DNA of 63,909 bases, the filler included, from Hyphochytrium catenoides (lineage: Eukaryota > Protista > Hyphochytriomycota): NCBI GenBank assembly GCA_900088475.1. It is 5 parts of 5 records of this genome, joined end to end, with 100 filler letters (N's around TTAATTAATTAA, not from the genome) between each part and the next. Parts side by side here need not be neighbours in the genome. Positions count along the whole stretch, not along the records: positions 1 to 27,681 come from FLMG01003493.1; 4 more parts are not named here. The stretch is one strand, 5' to 3'. The notes below the pieces were generated by a model that saw nothing but the letters and a program-made list of their open reading frames with translations, had not been told where the DNA came from and ran no database searches. The position numbers were made by a program, and so were the translations under genes. Shown here piece by piece: positions 11,441 to 26,961 of the stretch (its first letter is position 1; each line of letters begins with the position of its first letter).

Positions 11441-11968
11441 GTGCCGACATCTGCTATCTATATCACCTGTTACTTAAACTCCGTCCCTCAGTACTTCCCT
11501 CCCGCCACTCTATGTGGAGATCAATAATACCCCCTTTCAGCCGACAACTGATAGAGCTCTTTTACGTGCTCAGGGAATAAAGAGCAGAAGAGAACTTCGT
11601 CGTGAATCTTGATGTTGTTAGTGAAAGGAGTTGACTATGGTGAAACAATGACTCGATACAGGTTATGATGTTGCGCCTAATAATACCAAGACGTTTGTTG
11701 TTGTGATATAGAAATAGAGTGAGTCAATGATGGGTTTTAGCTCAGTCTTCGCTTCGACTGGCTAGGCCTTAACTCCGACAAAGCTTCGCAGAGGAGCATT
11801 TCTAAGGCGATTGTAAGAGCTTTTCTCTTAGGTCAGACTTTTTTCACCGATGCCAGTTTAGCAAAAGCGAATCGATCTCAGGGAGGAGCACAGAGCGAAA
11901 GAGGGAGAGAAGAACGGACGAGAGTAGCCTGAGAACAAATCGCTCAGAGAGTACAGTGGAAAAATAAA

Positions 11969-12047
11969 GGATATTCCAGGACTTGAACCCGGATCTCATG
12001 GATGGTCAATCAAGCGGTCTATCATTCAAACATTGCACCAAGTATCC
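11969..12047 (-). ncRNA. Second, distinct tRNA-derived sequence (pseudo-tRNA, SINE head or TE cassette)
   Basis: Minus strand GGATACT-TGGTGCAATG...CCGGG-TTCAAGT-CCTGG-AATATCC followed by TTTATTTTT. Acceptor and T-arm pair; the anticodon arm is not convincing. Confidence 0.55.
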
Positions 12048-15000
12048 ATACAAGGCTGTAGTGGCAACAACTCACAGTCCTAAAACAGCTTCCATAGTAG
12101 TAATAGCTGCGCTGATAGCCAACTGTTGGCCGAGGAGACTCGGACTATCCACCCTCGTCGGATAGTTCCTCTAAAGGCCGCGGCGCCCCAGCCCGCGCCT
12201 TCTCCTATCCACCTCCTGTCCAAGGGCCTGCTCGAAGAGATTAAGGGAGAGTTTGTGGTTCAGGGGAGTATATGGTATTACTACAGACAGAGTACATAAA
12301 TAACAGTGGTTTACATGTTATGGAGTATCGCTCTTTCTTCAGACCCTTACTATCACGGGCGTACTTTCCTGATTTAATGGCGGCAGCAGGAGACATGCAT
12401 GCACCTCGTAGTAGTTATCCTCTAGTTCGTCTAAATCTCTCTGGTCTGGCTCTGCGTGAAGTAGAGGATGGAGACAGCAAATATATGGTCCCCTTCTTCT
12501 CGGAATGGGCCCTCGCATCCTGTTTTTTCTACTGCCGCCGGTCACAGGATAGAGGACCGTCGTTCTATTCTTTTTCCCTCTCCTTCTTCTTCCTCTGCGC
12601 ATTCTTCTTTTCAAAGCCATCAGCAGACCTGCATGCCGTTTCTTCTCTCACGCTCTATTTTTTCCCTGCTCTCCTTCAATTTTTCACACCACCATCATCC
12701 TGCTGTCACTATCCACTCCCCTCCCTTGCTCTCTTCTTCTCCTGCTCGTCTCTAACCCGCATCTGCTCCTCCTCGCCTCCCTCCATCTGCAGCTAGGGAG
12801 GAGTGAGATCTTCATTTGCGGATTGACCCTAGGTGAGGAATGGAATGGTCTTCTATCGTCAACAACAGTTGTTGAAGCTTCTTCGGTCTCCTCATCGACT
12901 CACCACTCCTTCATGCTACTTCAACCAGAAAGGAAGCAAATTCTTATTCTCCTTGACGACGGCACCGGAGAGTTTTGTGTTCACCTTCCCGTTCTTCTCC
13001 GTAGAGGGGCGCCTGATGATTCTTCCCCTTGCTTTAAGGTGCTCACTGTCCTAACGCAGTTTGTAGCACCTCCTATCGTCCGCTCATTGTGTTTCTTATT
13101 CTTCCCTTCCGTTCCCTCATTAAGGATCCAGCACGTAGGTCATCAGATGTATGGTGCAGTGTCTCACAAGGCTCTCTTCCATGTCTTCGTTTCTCAGTCA
13201 TCAATGTTTTGATCCTGATGAGGCGGAGATAAGGAAAGAGCAGCGATAGTAGTACGGGGTCTAATAATGCTTACATATGAGGGAAGAGGACTCTGTGAAG
13301 AAGATTGAGGAAGGACGACATCGTTTGGTATTCGTAACGAGAGAGGGAAGGGAGTTGTGAAGCTGGTAAGAGCGGTGATGGAAGGGAAGTCCTCATTAAT
13401 GAAGAACGATAAGGACGAGAAGACCGAAGATGTCAAGAGCAGCAGCCCCAGAGGTTCTATTAATTGAGTCATCACGAGATGGATAGTTTAGCAAGCTGTA
13501 GGTTCTTACCAAGCTATCAAGGTAGAGAGTGTTATCATCATCACCAGTGAAAGGTGCAAGGAAGAAGCGGACCCGAGAGAGGGAAGGACAGCTGCTGGAT
13601 GAGTGAGGACAAGAGCGAGAGCAAGAAGACCAACAGCAGATGAACTTTGTGACATGCTCTAGTATCATTGAGAGTTGGGTGGGAGTCTCACCATCCCTTC
13701 CTCTTTTTGCACAGCTGGCTAGGCCAAGGTTCAGACACCAAGCTGGGGAGCAAGGCTTCGTCGGCAGTGGGCTCAAAGTGATCCCTTGTTTAGCAGAGCA
13801 GTTTAGTGACGGAATCATCCGGGGAGAATAACCAGCGGAGACATTCTACGAAAGCAACTCTGCTATGAAGATGCAGGAATGGTGACATAGGGCATGAAGA
13901 AAGAAGGGCATGGTTAGGGCATAAAAGAAAGAAGATGGAGAACGAAGCGGAATGAGGAGAAAGAGAAGCCTTCTTCCGATCTTCCTGAGAGCCTATTTGG
14001 ACTAAGAGAGTCATCAACAATACGCATTCGATAACTCCACTCAGCAAGGCTTGGTGCTGTTCCTACCAGCCACGATCTTGCTCCGTTGAACCGTTCATCG
14101 TGGTGCATGAAGAGGAACAACAAGAAGCAGCAGTATTTCTTCTTGCGTGACGAGGAAGTAGTGTTGGTGGTGGCGGTTGCCTTCTGGCAAGAGAGGAGGG
14201 GAATCATCACCAGCAGTAGTGTTGCGTGAGGAGATGATGCATCATCTCTGCAGCCACCTAAATACTCTTGTTTGTGGCTCCCCTCTCCTGCTGCCCATTA
14301 TTCTGTCTCTCGTGCTTCATCCTCCTCCTCGTTGCTGTCCACTATTACATCGCTTTTGCCTACCATTGGCCTGCTGCTCTTTTAAGGTTATTTTTGGTGT
14401 TGGTGCTGGTGGTGCGCGGTACTGGTGGTCCTTCTTCTTCTCTTCTCTTGATGAATGATGATCACTATGATAAGTAAGAGACAAAGAAGACTCCTCCTCC
14501 TCCTCCGACGGAGTATGAATGGTGATGCTGTTATATGTATATTTCCTCTGACGGCTGCTAATCACCTGATTGCGCACTGGATACGGATCGACCGGTGTAT
14601 GGGACGTGACCTCTACTCTTTGAGAGGACTCTCAGGGCGGGTAGTCCCGACTAGAGTCGGCAACGAATGGCTCTGAGGAAGAATGAAGCTCTCTTCCTTT
14701 TCCCTTTCTTCCCTCTTTCTCTTTGCATGTCATCAGAATAGCCAGTTGACATTACTTCTTCTATTGCATGTTACTCTTTTATCTTTGCATTTCTCAGGTA
14801 GACTGACTGTCTCGCAACAAGGGAGGAGACTCCCTCTTACCCTCTATAATCTCTCAGTTAAAGAAACTTCTTTCTGAAGTAGAAGACCCTTTGCTACTTG
14901 CCTGTGCTCTCGCGAAGTCTTCCTCTGCGTGCTGCTTGTCTGAACTGCAGCTGGCCAGCCAAGGTACAGACAGAGCACCTTCTTTCTCCCACTCTCCTCT

Positions 15001-16246
15001 CTAGAGCTGCAGCAGCAGTCTCTCATGCATCATATTACAGATGCCCACCACAACGAAGAAGAAGAGGAAGAAGACGGGCAGGAGTGAAGCGGCTGGGGGA
15101 GGAGGAGAAGGAGGCAGCAGAAGGTGACTTACTTTCATGGACTGGCGCGTTCTTCCTTCTTCGCCATCTTCTTCCCTCGCGCTCCGTCTTCCTCCTCCTC
15201 CTCCTCCTCTCATCATCCATCATCCAGTCCCGCCCTCCTCCTGCTCTTACAACAAGGAATACTCTACATAATAATAACTCCCTAGAAAGAGTTATCCTGC
15301 AGAATCTTGGAGTTGATATTATTAGCGTTAGCGGCTATCTCTAGGATCATTCCTCCTCCTGAGGATTCTCTCTCTGAGGGAGTAACGCCTCCCTCCCTAG
15401 CTGTGCTACCTGTACAGTAATTCCTAACAACAGAATCTTCTTGGTTTCCTTCCTCCTCGCTCCTGACTTGCTGCTGCTCGGGCGGCTGGTGGGGCTGTCG
15501 CTGGGCGCCTTGCTCCTCCGCTTGGACCTCCTGCTGCTTCTACAACACTGTACATCTGCTGCCGCACAGCTTTGATCAGCGTCTTCTTGCGCTGCTTCGT
15601 CCCTCTCTTCTTCTTCCGCCACCTACTATACGGAAGAAAAAAGATATCAGCTAGTGCGCAGGAGCTGCGGCTATCCTCGTCTTCCTTTTCCCCCACCTTT
15701 TGTCCACTACAGGCTAAAGTAGGTTTTCTTCTGCGCTGCTACCAGTGACGCGTCTGCCTAGTAGTCGTGGTGGGCGGCGGCTATTTCTTCGCTATCAGCA
15801 GCTACATCCTCCTCCTCGCTTCTCTTCCCTCACCCCCGCCCATCGAGAGAAGAGAGAGAGAGAGAAGAGGAGGCAGTGGACCATGTGGCCGTCTTGCTCA
15901 CGAATGCGATGGCAAACCCATCTCTTGGCTGATTGGCCTGTGGTAGGAGGCGGAAAGAGCAGAAGAAGGCCACAGAGCATCTCGCAGCGAGGGTTCAACG
16001 TCCTCCTTGCCTCAGTGCAGCGGCCGCCCTCACAAAGTCAGTCAGAACATACAGCTCGCTAACTCTAGTGAGACTACTAACCTCAGTTTAGCTTGGCAGC
16101 GAGGATGACATCTCCTATCCCATAAATTTCTTTTGACGCTAGCCTCACCCGCGATTTTCTCCCTTCATTCGTTTTGCCGCTTCCCTTTTCCAGTCCAAGG
16201 CCCTCGAAGAGCAACGAGGAACACCGACAGAAGGCAAAAGCCATGG

Positions 16247-18724
16247 ATGTCTCCTGATCCTGCTGTTACTCCTTCTTCACATCGAAGATCGCTGTGCTCT
16301 AGACGATCCAAGGCCCCGCTAGGACAAGCAGAGGAGGATGAGCCTTTGCAGGCGCTAGCGACAAAATTCATAGAGCATTTCCCGAGAACTTTGCGTGGAC
16401 CGAAAGGAAGAAAGATAGGCCGCGAGGCCGAGTATCCAGTCGTTTGGGCTGACGGCTCATCTGCGGGTAGGCAGACAATAGCTTCTTATCCAATCATGAG
16501 ACTGACTTGTTCTTCCTTTTACTTCTCCTCGTCCCTAGACGTACGCCTGCTCATGTCCACGGTGGCGCGGATGTACCCTTCAGAATTTACCTCCAGGCAT
16601 GAAGGAGGCTTTGACAGGCTTCTCTCAGCCTCAGACTCTACCCAGCTGGTTGGGCTCTCACGCCGCGATGGTGTGGAGGTCCTTCTTGAGGTAACTTGAA
16701 GAACGAGAACAGCTAAACCAGGAGCTCTTCCTTTCCTCTAAAATTCTTGCCCTCTGCTGGTATCACTTTTTCCTACCAATGACGGTCCTATTCTCACTCG
16801 TCTCCGATCCCACTTCTGTCACTCTGCTCGTCTCTGTCTTAGTGTCTATCTTTCTCTGTTTGTCTGCCTATCGCACTCTCTTCATTATATCTGCCTCTTC
16901 CTCATGCCATCTCTCGCTTCAATGATCAACATTCCTCTAGGTAGGTTGGGGCACTGTGGAGGTGGTCTCGGGCCCGTTTGATAGCCTCCATGAGATGGTG
17001 GAGGTCCATGAGAGTGCCATAGAGCGTCTAGTGGCCGGCGCAGAGGAGCTTGGAATGTTGCTTCTAGGATATGGCACACAGCCTCGGAGCCAGCCTTCCA
17101 CCAGCCTCATGTCGGGCAGGAACCGCTACCGGCTCCTGCATGAGGTGATAGGGGACCCATGGCTGGCCTTTACAGTGACGGCTAGCGACCAGGTTCACGT
17201 TGATGTCAGGAGAGACGAAGTCTTTGAGGTAACCAACCTGTGCAATCTTCTTGCGCCCGCGATCATAGCTCTCTGCGCAAACTCTGCAATTATCGGGGGT
17301 AAGCCATCGGGCTACTGTTGCGGACGGGAAGGCCTTATGGGGAAGGTCCAGCAAGACCTCTCTAGGCACGGGATGCCTTCAGGTGAGAGAGAGGAGGGGC
17401 GTCAAGGAGAAAGAGCTGCGGGGCTAGGGACTTAGTACTACACTCTCTCTAGGGCCTTTCAAGGATGAGAAGGACTTTATGCGCACTTTATCAGACTATC
17501 CGTTCCTCGTCATGCCTCATCGACGTGATGGCCACTACGTGAAGGTGCGGCCGGAGCAGAGCTTCAGAGAATATGTGCAGACACATGGAGCTGATTGGTA
17601 TCTCTCCTAAACACATGCATCGCAGTGAAGCTTCCTACTCAGCTACTTTTGATTTGAATGAATGCGCGTCGGTTGAATTCACTCTAACTTCCCTTCCGTA
17701 GGCTTGCTTTCCTAGCCCATGAGCACTACGTCTTTCACTCAGCTCGCCCACGGTCTAAACAGGTCACTGAAGAACTATGCATGGTGTCGTCGGTGGTCAC
17801 TTAAGCTTATTACTCATTCCTTAGGGCACAGTGGAGCTGAGGGCAGCCTGCCAGCAACCGTGGAGGAGCCACATGGCCGCTGCGGCTCTGCAGTGCGGGT
17901 TGGTAGAGGCCCATAGACAGGTGACGGAGGTAGTCCGGCGTCACATTGGCCACGAGCACGCGGTATGTGGCCACAGGGCCTCTTCGAGTGTTTAAATGTT
18001 GAGTGCTAACAGCAGGGAACAGGCCGGTACATGGAGACTGATGAGGAAGTGGAAGAATCATTTGGTGCGGCACGGCCTAGGCAAGCCGTTTGCACCTCCG
18101 ACCGCACATTGCGCAGGTCCAGTGCAGTTGGCTGAAGAGATTGTAGCGAGGTAAGGCTAGTAGCCTTGGCTCCTTTCTTTAGGAGGATGACCATATAACG
18201 GTTAGTGCAACACCTCACCTCCTACCGCTCTCTTCACCTAGTGCGTCCCACGAAGATTTTCAGCAGCTCCTTGCTTTGGTTTCGACTCTCGGCCTTAGAT
18301 TGGAGAATCCCGGAGAACTGGAGCATTTGGTTAAGATTTGCACTCTGGCTGGCAAGGTAAATGAGCCCGATAGGAACTCAAAGCAGACGTTTTGAGCTGT
18401 GACTAACCGCAGGTTTATTCTTCCTTATCGCAGGGAGAGAGCTTTTTACTGAAGGAACTGATAGCCTCACTCTATCCGCAGCTGGAGCTTGAGAGTCAGG
18501 ACCCATCGGCATTTGACCCCGCGAAGTTCCTATATGATGTTCTGCAGGCATGCGGCGAGGGCCTGCGGTCAAGAGGTCAGGGGGAGGAAGTCCATCTCCG
18601 AGATATAGAAGCAAGGCTCCAAATCAGGAAGAATCCTGCTGAAGAGTCACTGGTAGTGGCTGAGAGTGGTGGCATGGAGGCGCTTATAGCCCACACTGCA
18701 ATCAACAGCGCTTACTACAGATGA
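16247..18724 (+). CDS. Glutamate-cysteine ligase family 2 (GCS2, GshA/EgtA-like), multi-exon
   Basis: Motifs IGREAEYPVV, TVEVVSGP, LLGYGTQP, RNRY, TASDQVHVD, PAIIALCANS, HEHYVFHSARPR, GTVELRAACQQP, KNPAEESL. Short GT-AG introns; exon boundaries are approximate. Confidence 0.8.
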
Positions 18725-21523
18725 AGGTCTACTTCTTGCTACTCAATCATCGTTGAGTTCTACTTTTGCTACTTCCTTGCAGAGCGGAGTACGTCACCGT
18801 GATAACCGCTATCTTTCTTCTGCTTCAAGCATCACAGGCATACGGGATAACAAATGAGTTAATATCCTTTCCTCTTCTGTGTGGGTATTACCCTCCTCTT
18901 CGACGTCAGAAGGCGATGCAACAGATGTCAGTCCTGCGGGCCCCTCCATCGATCTTATTTACAGGTACAGGTTGAAGAATCAACAATCAAACCAATGCAT
19001 CCGCATTTTCCGCACCGTGACTACGGATGCTAGTGATCATTGTTTGCAGTTACTCATTAGCCTTACCATCAGTTCCATTACCTTCTTCCTCGTTTGGGGT
19101 TGGTGTGATACAATGGTGAGCAGCAGCAGTGGTGGTGGTGACACATGGTATGAAGATAAAAGTATTGTTGCGCAGGTACTCCGATCGTGTCCGACCGCAG
19201 GCGATTGCTCTTTTTTTCTTTGGCTTCTTGAGACTAGTATGGAATCTGCATTAATTATAATATCAATCACTCTGCTACTCCCCACGACAGCCGAAGATTG
19301 CTTCCTTTTCGACTATTTTGGTTCCTCTTTCTACTCCCTCTTCCCACTCCTCACCTTCTGACAGCTCCCAATCGCTAGATTAGCTCTTGGCCTCCCTCCA
19401 AAGCGGCTTCTGACCATTCAACGACGACCGTCTACTGCACCTTATTATTATCACACCTCCCGGGTGATGCTCGCCAAGGTCAACAACAAAGAATATATGG
19501 TTCCAGTTGGCGATAATGATGATGGTACGAGGAGGAGCGTAGTGGAAGAGACCGTAGTAGAGAGAGAGAACAGTGCCTCTTCTTTCTTCTTCTTCTTTTG
19601 CTTCTTCTTTTCTTCTTCGACTTCTTCTTTCTTCGTCCTTCTTTAACTTTATTATCTATCTTTACTTCTTCTCTTCCGAACCCTAGAAAGCCGATAAAGC
19701 CTGGGTCCAGTTGGCAGCCTTAGAACTTTGAAAGTAGACAGGTGAGTGACTGTAAAGGTAGAATCCCCTGGCCAGATGGTCTACGGGGGACTTGCCTTCC
19801 ACGGCGGTGGTGTTGTTACTTATCCCTTGCGAGGCCACTGCTCTTCTTGATGATGTTTGTTGAAACACGGTGGCGGCCAGGATGAGCTTCTTCTTGCTAA
19901 CTGAGGAGCTGGAGGCAAACCGGCGGTGAGAGGAGGAGGAGGAGGAAGAAGGTGATCCACTATCATCATCAGCATGCTCGAGGACTCTGCCTTCCTTCCT
20001 CATAGAGTGAAGAAGAAAGAGAGGAGAGAGCGAGAGAAGGGAAAGAAAGAGAGAGATGATTGAAGAGCAAGAAGAAACGCAGAGAGCAAGAGAGGAAGAA
20101 AGGGAGAGAGATTGAAAAGAGAGTTTCATCTTAGTAGAGAAAGAGGGAACGAAGAAAGAGAGAGGGAGAAAGAGAGAGAGGGAGAAAGGGGGAAAGAAAG
20201 AGAGAGATTGAGGACCTAGGACATCATAGAGACAGAGAGTAATATATGTATGACATTTTTCAAATAATAATGACAAAGATCTTCACAGGCTGGAGCGATG
20301 ACGGAGACTTCATCATTCTTCATCATCATTTCCGGGGCCAGAGGAGTCTGCCATTCTTCAGTGTACGAGTTGTACTTCTCCTGTCTGTTCAGGCTACAAC
20401 GTTGTAATCGAAAATGCATACTACACAGAGAGAAAGGAACAGCGACCCGACTACGCTGTACTACTATGAACGTACAGAACAGTAAGGTGGAGGATTCCAC
20501 GGTCGCTGTGAGCTCTTCGAACAGTGGTAGAGTTATCGTTGACGGCTTTCTTTCGTTGTGGGTTTGTTGAAACTGGGGAAGGAATAAACGCTCATTGGAA
20601 TGATTGAATATTTGCTGAAGAATGGATCCAGAAACTAGGCATACTATGTAGTTCTACTGTTGGTCCATAAAGTTCCATAGGTGAAATGTTTCTGTAAGGG
20701 AAACATTCACAGCCAGTATATAAAGGGGCTTATTTATTATCAGGAGCTAACACTCGGCCCACCCAGCCTGTGCCCATTATCCTCCGTTCGCTGTACAGCA
20801 ATCAGGATCAAACCATCACCCACCCGCGATATTCTTTGATGAAGAAGCTGCAAGACAGATTACAAGATGCACGAGACAGAGCAAGGGAGAGACACGGATG
20901 TGTATGCTGCCAACCCCGCTAGAAAGGAATAGAGCTTTTGTGAACAATGAGCCAGAGGGCTGAGATACTTAACCTCGTTACAGACTGATTTAGACGAGGC
21001 TGGGCCTGCTGACCCTGAAGAAAGGAAGGCGACGAAATGCAGTCTTCCTTATTCGATGCTAAACCTTAGCCGCCGGGACGGTCGAAGACATTACTAGCCG
21101 AACCAGATAATAATCCGCTTTCAGCTGAGATCAACAGCATACCTACCACCGAGACCCTGATATTCTTCGCTACGATGGCCAGCAGCAAATGATGTGGAAG
21201 CTCCTTCGATTGCCTGAAGATATTCCCCTGGTCTCCCTGTTTGGTGCGTTTTGGGCACTGCCTGTGGGCAACGTTCAGCAACAGACAGAACGGGATTAAC
21301 ATAAGCTCTTAAGCCTTACTAACCCTATCATCTCTGAGTGACAGAGTAGAGATGATCAGAAAGACGAGTTTTTTGTATGCCGACTGTGGGAGGTGGGGTT
21401 AGGGAATGTAGGAGCGTCTGGGAGGTAAGTAATTATAAGCCTTGTCTTTCTTTCTCTCTCTTTGCCATGTACATGTACCTTGCCCTGCTTTCTGTGTGTG
21501 TTCCACACTCTTTGTAACTCAAC

Positions 21524-21576
<53 letters not shown>

Positions 21577-21888
21577 TGGGTCTCTACCTCTCTTTCTCTC
21601 TTGGTCCTCTGCTTTTCCTCTTCCTCTGTCTCACTTGCCCTCTCCTCTCTTTCTCTCTTTCTCTCTCGTCTCGTGTTCAAAACCCTCCCTTTCTTAGGTC
21701 CCAGGCTAACTTGGTACAAACAGTCTTCTACAGCGGCTCCGCTGTCATAATGCGGTCAGCAGCTTCACGGATTAAGCTTCCGTCGATCTTCATGCAGATT
21801 TCTCCAGTCGGTCTCAGAGACACAAAGCTCGGTCGTCTCGAGACTCTGCCCATCCATTTGGCGAGGCTCCAGCAGCGACACCTGTGCG

Positions 21889-23202
21889 ATGTCTACCTTG
21901 GTAGACTACGAACAGTCTATTTATATGATGGAGCACACCACCGTCGAGCAGCGGCTTTATAGCTCGCCCACTTCAGCGTCCAATCTTCAAGCGCCGCGGC
22001 CAGACTACTTTCAATCCTTTAGCAGCGTAGACGGGCGACGGACGTCTTTCGATGGCATTGTGATGGACAAGGCACGATCGCTATCATCAGATGAGGATTC
22101 AGAAGGTAGTCCTAACAGCCAGCATCCAGCTTTGAAGACATCTCTCTATAAGACTGAGCTCTGTAAGCGCTGGTACGAATTTGGCACCTGCCGGTATGGG
22201 AGCAAGTGCCAATTCGCCCACGGCGACCACGAGCTTCGCCGCGTGCGACGACACCCGAAATATAAGACAGTAAAGTGTAGGTCTTACTGGAGCACTGGAC
22301 ATTGCCCTTACGGTCAGCGCTGCCGCTTCTTGCATGCAGAAGACCCCACACTGAACGGAGGTCTACTCTCTCCTCTTTCACCTCCCGGAGCGCTTGCCAG
22401 TCCAGGAGGAAATGGTCGGATTCGGACGAATTCTTTGCCGGCTCACTTGACGGGCGCTGCAGGTGGACTTGCTCCTCTTGGCCTGGCGCTGCCCAATGCC
22501 ACGGGTACAGCACTTTTTGGCTCTCGGGCTCTATTTGCTGAGGACGGACAGTCCGCGGGCACCGGGCAGCTGCATCATCTTCACGAAGGACCAGCAGCTA
22601 CTCGAAGACCGAGAGAGTTGTCCGAAGATTCATACTTTGTGACAGCTCCATTCCGGAGCGAGGGAGTGGATCTGAGATTGCACCCTGAGCTCGCCGATGT
22701 AGGCAAGCTTTATTCAACCTGGGCCTCCCCCATCTCTGAAGAGAGTCCCCTGGGCTCGTCTGCTGACCCTCATTCTGAAGCTCATCCGGGAAAGACGGCA
22801 GCCATGGATCATACGTCTCCACGCGGTCAGGAAGGGAATGGAAGAGAGTTTCGAAGTCGCGCAAAGAGCGCGAACTTTATAGGTTCAATGCACTCGTTTG
22901 AGGATGCGGGATGGAGACCTTTCGATGGCAACATCTGGAATGTCGAGCCCGCAGGTGCAGAGGGACGGAAGAGATCACCCTCGGCCGCTCTCGGTTCAGG
23001 CCGTTGGAGTACCTCGGGAGGACTAGACCTTAGCACTCTAGTGGCTGCCTTGGACGAACAAGATGCTTCGGACCCGATACCGGCGGAGAAGGAGGCTTTT
23101 GTTGCCGAGGTGGCTGAGGCTGTGCTCCTCGAGGACCAGGAAGGAAAAGAAGAAGAAGCCAGTGCAACTTCGCGTGCAGCTTTCGAGGGCGACGCGGAAT
23201 GA
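21889..23202 (+). CDS. Tristetraprolin/ZFP36/Cth1-like tandem CCCH zinc-finger ARE-binding protein
   Basis: Single 437-aa ORF containing YKTELC-x8-C-x5-C-x3-H, an 18-aa linker, and YKTVKC-x8-C-x5-C-x3-H. Confidence 0.93.
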   Translation: MSTLVDYEQSIYMMEHTTVEQRLYSSPTSASNLQAPRPDYFQSFSSVDGRRTSFDGIVMDKARSLSSDEDSEGSPNSQHPALKTSLYKTELCKRWYEFGTCRYGSKCQFAHGDHELRRVRRHPKYKTVKCRSYWSTGHCPYGQRCRFLHAEDPTLNGGLLSPLSPPGALASPGGNGRIRTNSLPAHLTGAAGGLAPLGLALPNATGTALFGSRALFAEDGQSAGTGQLHHLHEGPAATRRPRELSEDSYFVTAPFRSEGVDLRLHPELADVGKLYSTWASPISEESPLGSSADPHSEAHPGKTAAMDHTSPRGQEGNGREFRSRAKSANFIGSMHSFEDAGWRPFDGNIWNVEPAGAEGRKRSPSAALGSGRWSTSGGLDLSTLVAALDEQDASDPIPAEKEAFVAEVAEAVLLEDQEGKEEEASATSRAAFEGDAE

Positions 23203-24648
23203 AAAAAGGAGGAGGACTCTTTCCGCGCTGTCATGGTTAGCCTCCCTCTATTCCACGGCTTCGGGCGGCTGTGCAACGCTTATTTATCAACACCAAGCTC
23301 CATAGTTCGCGTGGGATCGCTTCGACACTTGTGGCGCGGGCTGTTTTATAACTATTTAGTGCAGCTCTGAAGACTCGTTATGCTTATTATTGAATAATCA
23401 AACTAACTTATTCTCACTTTGCCGCTTGGTTAGAAGTGGATCAGGCTGCCCACGGTGCCTAGAACTTGCTCGAGCCCTAGATAGCTAGCAGAAATTCCCC
23501 TGTGTGCTCTGTAGGATCCCGTCTCACAGCCGTATAGCGTGCTGAGATAGAAGACTCCATGGCACTTACCTATACGCGGGGGAGGATGGAATCTCTAGGA
23601 TAAGAAGTTGACGAGTTAGGGAGGATATAAAGACGGAGAAGACAAAGTCTTTACTGACTCTTTCCTTCGCTCGTGTCATTCTCTCCCTTACAGTCATCTT
23701 ACCGTCACCAGCCCCCAACTGCCGCCCCTACCAGGAAAGCTAAGACCTACCATTTATCAAAGTTAGTACTCTTCGTGACAATGGGTATAGTAAAGATGCT
23801 GTGCAGCCCTAGTCGCCATATGGTAGCCACGTGACAGAATTTATTCAACAATCTTGCTCCTCTGGGTTGAAGCTTGAGCGGCTTGTTCTTGAAGTCGGAG
23901 AGTGACTCACGGCAGGCATGCACCGTAGGAAAGGGGCCCCATGTACCTCCCGCCAGTTACTTAGCCTAGGGTCCCCTTCCTCCTCCGAGTCCCAGCCCAG
24001 TACAGGTCGATTGTCACCGCCGCCACCTCTCTTACTAGTGCAGGAGACTGCTTGGCGCTCTCTCTCCGGTCTGGCCCTCCTCTCCACGTGAGGCTATCTA
24101 TTTCCATTATCACAGCGTGGTCATGTCCATCGGCAATGGAAGCTAACCCTAAGCGTCATGGTCCTGGTTACTAGCTAAAGACAAGTGACAGCATTAGCCG
24201 CAGAAAGCAGCTATTGGCGGCGTTTCTCGCCTGGAAGATCTTCTTGGTCCATACTCTTGGTTTTTCTAATTAATGGACCTGCCTTGGTCCTGGGCACACG
24301 CGAGGCCTTCATCGGCGCTCTAGCATAGGCCCCAAACTCTTCTATAAGGAAGCCCGACAACATCACGATGCCCGCGGGGGAACTTCAGAGACTGCTGGAA
24401 GCTCTGGCGGAGCTTTGAGTTGAGCTCCACCATCCGCAGGCTGTCAAATATCTGCATTTGACCGTGAAATATTGTGAAATATCTTCGATGGGCCGTATAA
24501 TTGACAGACAAGGAGATGATCTTTACCTCAACCGTCAATTTGCGGTCACAGCCGCTGATGTGCTGGCGATCTCTCTCTCTCTCTTTTTCTCTGTCCCTCT
24601 CTCTGTTCGGCTGTTCCTCTCTCTGTTTCTACTCTTTCTCCCTCTTCC

Positions 24649-24685
<37 letters not shown>

Positions 24686-25053
24686 GTCCTTCTTCCTCTC
24701 TCTCTCTCTTTTTCTCTGTTCACTCTCTGACCCTCTCTTACTTTCTCCCTCTTTCTCTGTCTCTCTCTCTTTCTCCCTCTTTCTCTTTCTCTCTCTCGCT
24801 CTCTCTCTACGCTCTCTTGCTCTCTGGCCTTCCACATTATCTGCAGATGGAGCATGAAGCTTGAAGCTCCAGATATTCTTTGGGCACACGCGCTATTGTT
24901 TCCTCCCTCCCCGCTCCTACGGCTCACAGCGCGTCTTCGGATTCTCTGTGTCGAGACCAGAGCCGAAGCTGACCTGGACATCTGGCGCGCAGACATTGCG
25001 ACAGAGCTTGCACGCCGCGCTCACACCGTCACCCAGTGCTCTAGAAGTCAGAG

Positions 25054-26801
<1,748 letters not shown>

Positions 26802-26961
26802 TCAAAGCAAAGGGAAGAGGAAGGTGCTGCACTAGAGCAGTCTGGGAGATGGGAGAGAGAGAGAGAAAGAAAGAGAGAACGGGGGACGCATGACACAGAG
26901 AGAGAGAAGAGAGAGAGATGAGAGAGAGAGGTGATAGGGGCAGACTATATTATTGATACTA

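Noticed and set aside
12270-15750. Possible genes in short ORFs at 12-16 kb (also 19-21, 24 and 39-41 kb)
   Set aside because: Low-complexity sequence with no recognisable motifs or consistent exon chain.
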